From Octopus sinensis (taxonomy: Eukaryota): a stretch of DNA of 64,000 nt. The stretch is taken from positions 25,482,001 to 25,546,000 of the forward strand of contig NC_043014.1 in NCBI RefSeq assembly GCF_006345805.1, in the 5' to 3' direction. Below, one piece after another: positions 35,943 to 48,638 of this stretch; within the stretch, counting starts at the first letter, position 1, and the number at the start of each line of letters is the position of its first letter. The position numbers and the translations under genes were made by a program. The notes beneath the pieces were generated by a model, which ran no database searches, was not told the DNA's origin, and saw nothing but the letters and a program-made list of their open reading frames with translations.

Positions 35943-36042
35943 NNNNNNNNNNNNNNNNNNNNNNNNNNNNNNNNNNNNNNNNNNNNNNNNNNNNNNNNNN
36001 NNNNNNNNNNNNNNNNNNNNNNNNNNNNNNNNNNNNNNNNNN
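35943..36042. other. Assembly gap (100 N)
   Basis: Run of N; contiguity across it is not guaranteed. Confidence 1.
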
Positions 36043-37191
36043 TAGATAAGATTTCTAGTCGTAAAAGAATTATTGATAACAAACATAACTTACGCACCGA
36101 TACAGAGCGAATGATGGCAGATAACCCTTATTATTCCCCTATTACCAATCTAAAAGTAAATATAACACTTTCAAAAGTAATTACGCTATGAATACTAGTA
36201 AGAATATTTGGTTAATAATTCCTTACGGGACACAAATTAAATCTAATCTCCCACTGCTGTTTCGTCAAGCTATTGCTAGGCATTTTCAAATAATTCTAGA
36301 TATTACTCTATAATTAATTCACATAAGGTTAGGATAGGTTTTTCAAACACAAAAAAAAAATCTCTTGCAAATTATATCTTCTCATATAATAACAAACTGT
36401 TAAATATTAATACATTTACTAATACTAACATTAATTTAGCTACTCCATCCCAACCCTCTAGAAATATTAATAACAAGGTTATCGTTATCTGAAGTCAATC
36501 CCAATAGAATTAAATTTATGTCAAGTAACTCTAAGATTAAAATTCTATATACCAGTGTATAATCAGTACTCGTAATAAAGTACGATTTTACATTGGAAGC
36601 ACATCGTTAGAGTTATCTAAGAGAATTTCTATCCATTACTCAACATTTAGGGATAGAAATAAACGGAATAGTACCGGTCTCAGCAAACTGATTTGGGATT
36701 TAAAAGACCACAATGAACAATTTCATTTAGAATGGTTGATCCCTCTCAATTTCGATACCATATGACAAAGGCAAGAAATTCTGTCTTCTCTGCAATTCTG
36801 AGCTATTTTTCATTATTTTTTCTAAAAATACTCTAGTAAACACGGTTATAGAACGAGCATACAGATGTAAGCATTGGCAGAAACATACTTTTAGTGCATA
36901 TGAGTAGTCTCTATCATTATATATAGTTTAGACTTTAATTTCCTTTATATTTAACATTCACTATTAATATCCCTACTCTTTCTATTAGCTACTTATGACG
37001 TTATATCATATAACGTTTTTTTAAACAATATTAATAGCGTTCTGTCTATCGCTATACGAATCCATCATTTTTTGCTAAAATGTCGTATTGACAAGTTCGT
37101 TTTTTCACTTTCCGAAGAGAAGATTGCATTGTTTATACCTTTTATTCTTTTGAATAAGTATCAGTGGAATTTTTGAAACATATGTAGAAAG
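36043..37191 (+). mobile_element. Penelope-like element 3' part (linker, GIY-YIG, terminal repeat region)
   Basis: KNIWLIIPYGTQIKSNL...RHF..., then FYIGSTS...HYSTFRDRNKRNSTGLSKLIWDLKDHNEQFHLEW...KFCLLCNSE (frameshifted), followed by a hammerhead-like terminus. Confidence 0.78.
37108..37191 (+). ncRNA. Type I hammerhead-ribozyme-like motif at PLE 3' end, probably inactivated
   Basis: Stem I CTTTC(37108-12)/GAAAG(37187-91); core C-GAAGA (CUGANGA lacking U); long stem II capped by ttattc-tttt-gaataa; GAAA(37175-78); palindromic stem III CATATG; GUA cleavage triplet. Confidence 0.62.
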
Positions 37192-37229
37192 TAAAATACT
37201 TGTTTAAACCTGCGTTAACTCCATTTTTT

Positions 37230-37388
37230 ATTCATATATATATATGTATATATATGAATATATATATATGTGTATATATATATATGTGTATATATATGTG
37301 TATATATATATATGTATATATATATATATGTGTATATATATGTGTATATATATGTGTATATATATATATATGCGTATATATATATGTA

Positions 37389-37419
<31 letters not shown>

Positions 37420-37533
37420 TGTAATTATATGATGATGATTTTGATGATTTTTCCAGTTTCAGCTAATGAGCTGTGGCCATGCTGGAGCACCGCCATATAT
37501 ATGTATATATATATGTATATATATATATGTATG

Positions 37534-37575
<42 letters not shown>

Positions 37576-37578
37576 ATA

Positions 37579-37624
<46 letters not shown>

Positions 37625-37805
37625 TATTATGTATATATGTATGTATATGTATATATGTATGTATATATATATATGTATGTATATATGTATGTATATATAT
37701 ATATGTATGTATATATGTATGTATATATATATATTTGTATATATATGTATGTATATATATATATATATATGTATGTATATATATATATTTGTATGTATAT
37801 ATGTA
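37230..37805. repeat. (TA)n/(TATG)n microsatellite containing a ~60-bp CR1 3'-tip fragment at ~37435-37495
   Basis: Direct reading; embedded ccagtttcagctaatgagctgtggccatgctggagcaccgcc matches the CR1 3' ends. Confidence 0.9.
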
Positions 37806-39725
37806 TAAATCCTTAAATCCTTAAAAATGTTTTAGCCCGAAGGCCGCGGCCATGCTGGGGCACCACCTCTGAATGAGCTACACTAATTTGTGAATCCCCC
37901 TCTGATACGTGGCACTTGATCAACAAGGGAGTTTGATGCTGCTGCCCGCATCCGCGTCTCCTGTCGTGAGGTAGGCTCATCTGGGACTCCCGACAAGAGA
38001 GATCCGTTTTAGTTTTAAAGAAACCCACATCCACACCATGTAAGTCTCTCAGGCATTATGGAGGATGTTAAAGAGCTGTGGTCCTCTGAAACCCAAGCTG
38101 TTTCAGTATCTGGACCTGTATTTTGATGGTGATGTTGAATCCTTGGCACCATGCAGTGGCCCCCGTTCTGCGGTTGGAGTAACTTTGAATGCCGAAGTTT
38201 GGGACAAGACCCTCCCAGGATTTTCCAGATGTTATCACCGCATATCTCTCCCGCCTCTGCTCTAGGGAGAAGATGTTTAATACCTTCAGTCTTTCCCATA
38301 GCTGATATTTTTGCATTGAGACGATTTTCTTTGTGTGGCTTCTCTGAATTGCTTCGAGTTCTGTTGTTTTTATATTGTGTGGTGACCAAAGTTGGGAGCA
38401 GTAGTCCAAGCGGCTGAGGACGAATGTTTTCCATAGGACCATCAGTGTCTCCTTCTCTCTTGTTCTGAAAGTTCGGAGAATCCATCCAGCTAGCCATCTG
38501 CATTTTATCACACCAGATTAGCAATATGCATTTGGAAAGATGCATCATTGCTCATGTCAATGCCCAGGTCACGCACTGATTTTGACTCAGGGATTGCAAT
38601 TCTTCCTGGGCCAGTGTATCCAGTCTTCACGTCATTTACCTTTGTGTGCCAGTAGCGCAGGGCCTGGAACTTACCTGCATTAACTGCATGTTGTTGTCCT
38701 CAGCCCACCTGTATATTGTGTCCAGCTCATGTGCAGATGCACATTTTTCAGGGTTTTGTATTGCGTGGGAGACTTTTGTGTCATCTGCATAGCTAGCAAG
38801 GGTGGTCATCTTAGCAACTGAAGGGATGTCTGAAAGGGCCACTATGAACATCAGTGGCCACAAGACAGTGCCCTGTGGGACACCGCTTGTTATTTGCATT
38901 TCCTTGGAGGTGGCTCCATTGCTCACAACTGCCTGTTTTCTGTCTTTTAGGAAGTTGTGTAGCCACTCTCCAAGTTTCCCGCCTATGCCGAGACCACGCA
39001 GTTTGTGACAGATCATACCATGGTCGACTTTATCAAAGGCTTTTGCAAAGTCGAGATATATTACATCCACATTTGAGCCATTTAGTAGCTGTTTCAACAC
39101 CCAGTCATAGTGTTGCAGGAGCTGTGTTAGGCAGCCTCTACCTGGTCAAAATCCATGCTGGGTGTCAGACAGCAAGTCTTCTTCAAGGAACATGATTAGT
39201 TTCTTACGGACTATTCGTTCCATGACTTTGCTGATGTGTGAGGTCAGAGAGATAGGCCTATAATTTTTAGCATCTGCTCTGCTACCTCCCTTATGGATAG
39301 GGCATATTACCCCCTCTTTCAATTTGACTGGGAGCTTACCACATGCAAGAAAGCTCTGAAAAAGAAGCTGTAGCAGTTTTGCAAGGGCTCGTTTGCACGA
39401 TTTGAGAAGGATCGCTGGGAATCCATCAGGTCCAGCAGCTGAGTTTGTGTCAATCTCATCTATGGCTAGTGTGATATCATCTTCGATGTTGATGTACTCA
39501 ATTTTTGTCTCTTTGGCCGCAGGTAAAGTGGCAAAGAATTCTTCTGGGTTGTTTACTTGCCTGTGTCCTAGAGGTGTAGTGAACACACTTTGGAACTGTT
39601 CGTTCAGTATTTCACTTATCCTCGTGGGATTTCCTGTGAGAGAGCCATCTTTTTGGAAGAGAGGTCCTATTCTCTGGTGCACTGTGGCTGTCTCTTTGGC
39701 AAACTTAAAGAAAGCTTTAGGGTTT
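37806..39725 (-). mobile_element. 5'-truncated CR1-clade LINE with RT domain and (TTTAAGGA)n-type tail
   Basis: ORFs 39146-39682 (AAGPDGFPAILLKSC, NYRPISLTS, QHGF), 38636-39100 (VDVIYLDFAKAFDKV, SGVPQG, YADD) and 38068-38511 (LSRLDYCSQLWSP, LEQRRER); tail read as aatccttaaatccttaaaaatg on the + strand. Confidence 0.93.
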
Positions 39726-39729
39726 GATT

Positions 39730-40244
39730 TTATGTATATATGTATGTATATATTTTATGTATATATATGTATATGTATATATGTATATGTATATATGTAT
39801 ATGTAATGTATATGTATATGTATATATGTATGTGTATATATGTATGTGTATATGTATATATGTATGTGTATATGTATGTGTATATGTATGTATATATGTA
39901 TGTGTATATATGTATGTGTATATGTATATATGTATGTGTATATGTATATATGTATGTGTATATGTATATATGTATGTGTATATATATATGTATATGTATG
40001 TATATGTATTTGTATGTATATGTATGTGTATGTATATATGTATATGTATATATATGTATATGTATGTGTATGTATGTGTATGTATATGTGTGTATATGTA
40101 TGTGTATGTATATATGTATGTGTATGTATATGTATATGTGTATGTATGTATATGTGTATGTATGTATATGTATGTGTATGTATGTATGTATATGTGTATG
40201 TATGTATATGTATATGTGTATGTATGTATGTATATGTATGTATG

Positions 40245-40275
<31 letters not shown>

Positions 40276-40395
40276 GTATATATATATATATATATGTATG
40301 TATATATATATATGTATGTATATACATATATGTATGTATATATATATGTATGTATGTTATATATATGTATGTATGTATATATGTATGTATGTATA

Positions 40396-40428
<33 letters not shown>

Positions 40429-40987
40429 ATATGTATGTATGTATATATATATGTATGTATGTATGTATGTATATATGTATGTATGTATATATGTATGTAT
40501 GTATATATGTATGTATGTATATATGTATGTATGTATATATATGTATGTATGTATGTATGTATATATGTATGTATGTATATATATATATGTATATATATAT
40601 ATGTATGTATATATATATATGTATGTATGTATGTATATATATATATATGTATGTATGTATATATATGTATGTATGTATATATATATATATATGTATGTAT
40701 GTATATATATGTATGTATGTATTATATATATATATATGTATGTATGTATATATATATATATGTATGTAGTATGTATGTATATATATATATATGTATGTGT
40801 ATATATATATATGTATGTATGTATTATATATATATATGTGTATATATATATATGTATGTATGTTGTATATATATATATATGTATGTATTATATATATATG
40901 TATGTATGTATGTATATATATATGTATGTATATATATATATATGTATGTATATATTTGTATGTATGTATATATAATATGTATGTATG

Positions 40988-41020
<33 letters not shown>

Positions 41021-41278
41021 ATATATATATATGTATGTATATATGTATGTATGTATATAATATATATAATGTATGTAGATATATATATGTGTATGTATAT
41101 ATATATATATGTATGTAGATATATATATGTGTATGTATATATATATATGTGTATGTATGTATATATATATATATGTATGTATATATATATATGTATGTAT
41201 GTATGTATATATAGTATGTATATATATATATATGTATGTATATATTTGTATGTATGTATATATATATATGTATGTATG

Positions 41279-41311
<33 letters not shown>

Positions 41312-41746
41312 ATATATATATATGTATGTATATATGTATGTATGTATATATATATATATATGTATGTAGATATATATATGTGTATGTATATATATATATA
41401 TGTATGTAGATATATATATGTGTATGTATATATATATGTGTATGTATATATATATGTGTATGTATATATGTATATATATATATATTGTATATATATATGT
41501 ATATATATATACGTATATGTATATATATATATACGTATATATATATATACGTATATATATATATATGTATATATATATATACGTATATATATATATATAT
41601 ACGTATATATATATATGTATGTATATATATATATATATGTATATATATTTATGCATATATATATATACACATGTACATATATATGTGTATATTTATATAT
41701 GTCTACATGTGTGTGTTTATGTGTGTGTATATATATATATATATAT
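39730..41746. repeat. ~2-kb compound (TA)n/(TATG)n/(TATATG)n microsatellite
   Basis: Direct reading; source of the spurious 254-633 aa ORFs in the track. Confidence 0.98.
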
Positions 41747-42133
41747 TAATCCTTAAATCCTTAAAAATGTTTTTGACTGCGTCTATGCTGGAGCACTGCC
41801 TTTAGTCAAGCAAGTCGACCCCATGACTTATTCTTTGTAAGCCTGGTACTTATTCTATTGGCCTCTTTTGCTGAACCGCTAAGTTACGGGGATGTAAACA
41901 CACCAGTATCACTTGTCAAGTGATGTTGGGGGGACAAACACAGAACCACAAACAAACACACACGTATGTACATATACACATATATGACTCTTTTTTCAGT
42001 TTCCATCTACCAAATGAACTTACAAGGCTTTGGACGGCCTGAGGCTATAGTAGAAGACACTTGCCCAAGGTACCTCGCAGTGGGACTGAACCTGTGTGGT
42101 AAGCAAGCTGCTTACCACACAGCCACTCCTACA
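41747..42133 (-). mobile_element. Complete tRNA-derived SINE (family 2) with CR1-like 3' tail
   Basis: Minus strand: head ggtgtaggagtggctgtgtggtaag...ggttcagtcccactgc, a CA/TA spacer, body gtttacatccccgtaacttagcgg...aagtaccaggcttac, and 3' gcagtgctccagcat...catttttaaggatttaaggatt. Confidence 0.85.
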
Positions 42134-43261
42134 CCTATATATATATGTGTTTGTTGTGTGTATTTATATATAATGTAGATAGTGTGAAACTGAAGCCATG
42201 TTCTGCTGAAGCACATTTGCTGTTACAATCTATTATGTAGATGTCATTGTTCCATTGATGTGAATTATATATATGAGTTGAAAATTCTGGAAATATCCTC
42301 GCAGAATTTTTAATATAACAAAACAGGAAGTTGAAAAATTTTTGGGTATTTTTTATTCACTATGACACATTTCACTTGCTAGGAAATGAGGGTACCATTT
42401 GTTCTCTGCCAGAAGAATTTTTTATAGGAAATCTCTTACATGTTTATGCAACATTTAAAGCTTTGTAATTCTTACTAGCAAATGAAACATATTTAATGGT
42501 GAATAAATAATATCGAAAAAGTTTTCGTCTTGTTCTGGCAATTTGCTGTACTTGATATGACATGTCAAGCTAAGTAAAATCGCTGTCTTCCACACATACA
42601 GACTTGTCCTTTCAGGTACTGATGACATGTTAAAAGTACCCGTGCTGGTGCTGTGTTAACGCATCTATGCCAGTGCTGTGTTAATGCACCTGTACTAGTA
42701 GCACCCAGCACTCTGTTAAATGGTTGGTATTAGGAAGGGCATCCAACCATAGAAACCATGCTATAACAGACTGTTGGAGTCTAGCAGCTCCCAGCTGGCC
42801 AGCTCCATTTTAAACGATGATGATGATTGTGATACACACATACACAATGAGCTTGTGTATAGTTCCATTCACAAGATATTACACAATCTGACGATGTAGT
42901 AGAAGCACTTGCCCAGGTCCTGTACAATTAGATCAAATCTAGTGACACATGGCTGCAAAATGAACTTCTTAACCACACAGTCATTATCTACCCAGGCATA
43001 ATTTGGAACCATAATTTACTATGTAGTTTCCTTTCTTCAGTAGCCTTTAGCACAGTATTGTGACTGTCTTGGAAATATCCATTAGGAAGACAATTTTTTT
43101 ATATACAAGGGTATTCAAAAGTTTTCTAAATAACAGACTTTCTATGAATTTTAGCAAAGTCAACCTTCTGGTGTCAGTCTATTGATTATACAAAGAAACG
43201 ACTCTACTCTGACTTCAACACATTTGTGTTTTAGCATGGGCAGAGTATCTTTGAAAGATCA

Positions 43262-44790
43262 TTATCATCAATGTCATCATTTATGGTTTGGATGGTTTGA
43301 CTGAAAACTAGTAAGCGGTGGAGCTGCACCAGGTTCCAAACTGATTTGGCATGATTTCTACAGCTGGATGTTTTTCCTAATGCCAACAACTCAGTATAGT
43401 AGGTGCTTTTTACACAGTGTATTGGATGCTTTTTACATGCTACTGGCAGGGGTGCAAGTTACTGGACACTGGCATTGGCCATGACTACAATTTCACTTGG
43501 TTTGATGGGGCCTGTTTAGCATAGCATATCGTCCAATGTTCGGAGGGTACTTTTTGTGTGCCCCTGGCACAAGTGCCAGTTATGCAACACTGGCATCGGC
43601 CACAACTGATTTCACTTGGCTTGACGGGTCTTCTCAACCATGGCATATCACCAAAGGTCTCAGTCACTTGTCATTGCCTCTGTTCAAAGATCATGCTTCA
43701 CCACCTTGTCCCATGTCTTCCTGAGTCCACCTCTTCCACAGGTTCCTTCCACCATTAGAGACTGGCACTTCTTCACACACACCTGTCCTCATCCATATAT
43801 ATCACATCTGATGCCTCTTATGCCCAACTTTTCTCTCAAGATGCTTTCACTGTTGTGCATGCACACTGACATTGCACATCCAGTGAAGCATACTAGCTTC
43901 ATTTCTTTCAAGCCTTTGCATGTCCTTGGTGGTCACAGCCTCGCACACAGGCATCATACAATCTGCCTTTCATTGAAGGAGAGGCCCTTTATTACCAACA
44001 GCGATAGGAGCTCTCTGAACTTTGCCCAGCCTATTCTTATTCTAGCAGCTATGCTCTCAGAGCATCCACCTCCACTACTGCCTTGGTGACTTGGGTAATG
44101 GAAGCTATCAACTACTTCTAGTTTTCCCTGCTGGCATTTGATGGAGTCTATTTTCTGTACATTTTGGTGGTAATTGTACCTGTGCACCTTCTACATACAA
44201 ATTATTTTCCCTGTTAACCTTCCTCCGATATTGCTGCACCTCTTATGTGCCCATAGCTTACACCGGGCACATCTTATCGAGTTACTACCTATGTAGGACC
44301 ATCTATGTGAAGGGATTTGTGATTTGTCTGCTCTCCCATTTACTAAGACTTTGATTTTTGCTAGATTAACTCTAAGGTCCCTTGAGTCTAGACCTTGCTG
44401 GTAGTGATTTTGCTATAAGAACACGGTCATCAGCATAGGGAAACTCCCAGGGGCAGCTTGTCTTAAATTCTCCTGTTATTGCTTGGAGGACTACGATGAA
44501 CAAGCAGGGGCTGAGGGACTGATCCTTGGTGAACCCTTACTTGTACCCTGAATTTATTGCTATACTCATTGCTAATCTTCACCTTACAGACAGCATCCCT
44601 GTAGCTTTCGCATTGACCACCAGATAAGAGCACGGGGGAACTCTGTCAAAGGCTCTCTCCATGTCGACAAAAGCCAGGTACAAGGGTTTATTTTTGGCTA
44701 GATATTTCTCCTGAAGTTGCATACACAGGAATATAACATCAGTCATGCTCCTGCCTGGCACAAATCTGAACTGTATCTCATTTACACTAA
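43262..44790 (-). mobile_element. Degenerate RTE LINE 3' portion
   Basis: MPGRSMTDVIFLCMQLQEKYLAKNKPLYLAFVDMERAFDRVP (44579-44761) and GGGCSESIAARIRIGWAKFRELL (43954-44187), then the family 3' UTR. Confidence 0.85.
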
Positions 44791-46197
44791 CTCTCTTCCT
44801 AATTAATTGAGTTATTGCAAATTAATATGGTCACTTTAAAAAAATCTATTTTAAATTAAAAGGAAAATCTAATTATATTTATTGAGAAAATGTAATTATA
44901 AGTAGTAAAGTTAGAAATATAAATTGTAAATTGTCACTAATGAACAAAAATGTATCTTATTATGTCATCCATAAAAATGTATCTTATTATGTGAAATGCA
45001 GACTTCTTTCAAAAAGCTTTTTTAATATTGGGACATAATAGTAATTCCTCTGATTTAGGTATAAGCTCTTTTCTATAATAGGAATGGAAATGGTTTAGTG
45101 GTTTTGACTTAGTGTGCAACTTGTAATTTATTGAATCAATGATTGAGCTTCTAAGCAGTCACTTGATCTGCTAGAAATGGCAGCCAAATTAGTGTGGTTG
45201 AAAAGTACAACCACATGGTTTCAGGTTCTATCCCACCAGTATCTTCTGTAGCTAATATAGCCCAGGGCTGACTAATGCTTTATGAATGAATTTTTAGAAA
45301 CTGTACACAGCCCATTTGCCCAATGGTCTTAACTTTCCTTTCCTTTCCCCTTTCCAAGATAAGTGAAATAAATTTACTTGAGAAACAGGTTAGGGTTAGT
45401 GATCTGAAAGACATTTAACTGTTAAAAGAACGTTTCTGTAATATATATTTATCTAACTCCTGCTAATATGGAAAAATGGACGTAAAACAAACAAATGGTT
45501 TTAAAAAAGTAAGCGCACATTGGACAGTGTAGGCCTATGTATATAAAGACACTGGATCATGGGTTGGATGAATCAGTGCTGAGCCTCAGCTAAATAACAA
45601 ATAATACTTGGCTGACAGTTGTGGGGATGAAAGTCATGAAAAAATACACTGGATGATATCATCCTTCATATACTATATCTGAATAGTATTTGGATTAGTT
45701 ACAAATTGAGTTAACGACCACCATCCCTGAACTGTAAAGTTAGGAAATAAGATTTTGTGATATTTGGGTATTTATTCTGAGTGAAAAGGAATAGCAATAG
45801 CCAGGAATTGAAAATCATGTTGCTGTTTGACATGATAGAGAGCTGGATGGTGTTACCTTTGGAGTTAGTCTAATAAAGTTCTTATCCCACCATAGATATT
45901 GTATTGTACTCTAAACTGAAATTTAGATTACTGCTTCACTTCATTAATATGGAAAACCCCTGTTCTGAGAATTTCTCCAAAAGCCTCGATTTGTAGAACT
46001 ATACAATTCTTTCTTACAATAGGAAATATTATTTAAAAAAGTTCAAAAATATTTATAACTTATTTTCACTTGTTTATCAGATGTGTGTATTATTGAATTA
46101 AGACATCGTTCCTTTGATTAATGCTTAAATTATGTATATTAAAAAAACACAATTTAGTCTTAGTCTTCTTTATTTAAATAACTTTGTCTTAAACCTC

Positions 46198-46213
46198 ATT
46201 TTTATTGTTGTAG
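46198..46213 (+). promoter_or_regulatory. Candidate splice acceptor of the large ZNF-B exon
   Basis: attttattgttgtAG|ATGATTCC at 46213/46214, where AT-rich intron-like sequence gives way to exon-like composition. Confidence 0.55.
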
Positions 46214-46514
46214 ATGATTCCTGATCTTAATGGAAGCATTATGTCACCAGGAAGAGAACTGTTTGCCATATGTGATGGTCAACTCCTTGAAGTAAGATGT
46301 TGTGCAGATCGAGGTCCAACTAAAACTATTCACTCTAACTTTATCTTAACTTACAACACCATGGATCCTGCAAGTTTGCTTATCATAAAACACACCTGTT
46401 AACAGGTGAATAGCAGCAGTTTTGCAGAGCGAAGTGTAGTGGATTGGTGCACTACTGCTAAATATTGTATTCACTAGCTGAACTAACAGATCTCTAACTG
46501 CATTTAAAATAATC

Positions 46515-48638
46515 ATGACGAGTGCAGCACGACTAGCAGTGAATGCCCTTGCAGTTAGTGAGCAAATTAGCAGTGGTAATGTACCAACATCCAACTCTGG
46601 CAACACCAAGTCGTTCAAGTGCCAGTTTTGTGCGAAGGAGTTTCCCAAGTCTTGTAATCTGACAACGCACCTCCGCACTCACACAGGTGAGAAACCTTAC
46701 CTTTGTGGGGTGTGTCAACGCGGCTTTTCACAATCGGGCAGCCTCCATGTGCACCAGCGAACCCACACTGGAGAGAAGCCTTACAAATGTCATCTGTGTG
46801 ACAAGCGTTTCGTCCAAGTGGGCAGCCTCAGTGTGCACCTGAAGATCCACACGGGTGAGCAGCCGCACCAGTGTCATTTATGTCAGCAACGGTTTGCGCA
46901 ATCAAGTTCATTGCGAAGGCACATAAAAATCCATAAGGGCGAGAAGAACTACAAATGTAAGTTTTGCTCAAAAGACTTTGTGCAGTCATCACAACTTGTC
47001 AAACACACTCGCACTCACACTGGCGAAAAGCCATATGCATGTAAGTTCTGTGACAAAAGGTTCTCACAATCTAACTCACTTGAGATTCATCAGCGTGTAC
47101 ACACAGGCGAAAGGCCTTATAAATGTGATTTTTGTGACAAAAGATTCCCCCAGTCTTCACTGTTAACCCGTCACATTCAGGTACATACGCGTGAAAATTT
47201 CTGCAAATGTGACTTCTGTGACAAACCATTTCCTCTGCAAAGCCTCCTTGATGAACATATGCAATTACATCGAGATAACCCATATGAATGCGAATATTGC
47301 AATAAATGTTTTTCTAAAGCAACGCGACTGATGGAACATCTCAAAGAACACACAGGTGAGGAACCTTATAGGTGCAGATTCTGTGACAAAACATTCACCA
47401 GACATAGAAACTTATGCCAGCATCTCAAATTTCACACGCGGCAACGAGCACTTGTGTTCCCAGAAGTAGATAAATTCTGGGAAGAGTTGCAAGATCCTAA
47501 TGGTGTCAAGACGACGGCATCTCATGCTGCAGTTTGCGATGTACTAACGCCGTCCTGCTTCAAAGATGATAGTGATTTGTTTAAAACTATTGCAGCTGGT
47601 GCACTAAGGGAAAAGATTCAGTCAACTGATACAGATACAAGCATGGAGTTAGCTGCAGATTTAGCTACTTGTTGTAAAAATGAACAACACTTAGATGCAT
47701 GTGATGCAGCAAACAATGCAACAGCTGTGACAAATGGAAGAAATGGATACTCACCACAGATTGATACAGACACTGATAAAAAACTGGAGCTCTCTACTAC
47801 CCTACGCTGCTGCAGTGATCCACCTTCTGGAGTTTGTGATAATGCTACTGTTGAAGGCCAAAGCATTGATCAAAGTTACAAACCTCTGCAAGTTGATCTG
47901 CAAATTTCAGAACAGGCATCAAACCATGGAGAGAAAACATGCAAAGTTCTGTGTGCTCCTGCCTCCGATTCCTCTGTTGTGCACACTTACATTTCAACAT
48001 CTGAACCTGGTGCTATTACTGCTGATTTACCGACCAACTCAAAGCCAGGTGACCCAACTGCTACAGTTGTAAGTGCCACCTATCATTGTGGCGACACAAT
48101 TATCACTGGCAACTCTATGTTTGATAGTAGTACACTTCCTAAAACAAGTAGGGCATGTTTAGTGAGTCTACGTACTTGTGAACCCAGTGTATTCACAAAT
48201 GCCACAGCAGCACCACCTCCAGTTCAGCTGGAGAGGGCTATGAGCGCAGAATTAGCAGTAGTTGATCAGTTGGTATCAAACAGCCAGGCAGCAGTTCGAC
48301 ACAAAGATGGAACAGCTGTTGAGATCAGCAAACCAAACCTGTTTGAATGTGACATGGATATCAAACTTTACCTCCCAGACAGAGATGCCAACACTGTCAC
48401 TGCACACCAGCCACCACCGTCCCCTGCAATCACCACTGCCCCCTCATTGGTACCACATACTGTCCATATTCCTGCTACAATGAGAGACACCAAACGTAAA
48501 GGCTCAGAGTTGTGCACATTCACATGTAAAGGCAATATGTATATCAAACCAACTGTAACAACTCTCCCTACAGATTATGTTGAAAAAAGCCGTAGTCCTG
48601 GATCATATGACTGTGACCTTCCCTATGGTTATGGATAA
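46515..48638 (+). CDS. C2H2 zinc-finger protein (ZNF-B), 707 aa, 10 tandem N-terminal fingers plus a long T/S/D/A-rich C-terminal region, intronless CDS
   Basis: The ORF track translation shows 10 consecutive C-x2-C-x12-H-x3-H fingers with TGEKP-type linkers. An in-frame TGA at 46479 upstream supports ATG 46515 as the start. Confidence 0.95.
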   Translation: MTSAARLAVNALAVSEQISSGNVPTSNSGNTKSFKCQFCAKEFPKSCNLTTHLRTHTGEKPYLCGVCQRGFSQSGSLHVHQRTHTGEKPYKCHLCDKRFVQVGSLSVHLKIHTGEQPHQCHLCQQRFAQSSSLRRHIKIHKGEKNYKCKFCSKDFVQSSQLVKHTRTHTGEKPYACKFCDKRFSQSNSLEIHQRVHTGERPYKCDFCDKRFPQSSLLTRHIQVHTRENFCKCDFCDKPFPLQSLLDEHMQLHRDNPYECEYCNKCFSKATRLMEHLKEHTGEEPYRCRFCDKTFTRHRNLCQHLKFHTRQRALVFPEVDKFWEELQDPNGVKTTASHAAVCDVLTPSCFKDDSDLFKTIAAGALREKIQSTDTDTSMELAADLATCCKNEQHLDACDAANNATAVTNGRNGYSPQIDTDTDKKLELSTTLRCCSDPPSGVCDNATVEGQSIDQSYKPLQVDLQISEQASNHGEKTCKVLCAPASDSSVVHTYISTSEPGAITADLPTNSKPGDPTATVVSATYHCGDTIITGNSMFDSSTLPKTSRACLVSLRTCEPSVFTNATAAPPPVQLERAMSAELAVVDQLVSNSQAAVRHKDGTAVEISKPNLFECDMDIKLYLPDRDANTVTAHQPPPSPAITTAPSLVPHTVHIPATMRDTKRKGSELCTFTCKGNMYIKPTVTTLPTDYVEKSRSPGSYDCDLPYGYG

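Noticed and set aside
39724-41805. Long ORFs of 254-633 aa (MYVYI.../HTYI...)
   Set aside because: Translations of the TA/TATG microsatellite, which lacks stop codons. The same applies to the short ORFs at 19374-19752, 23043-23542, 37200-37824 and 63289-63548.
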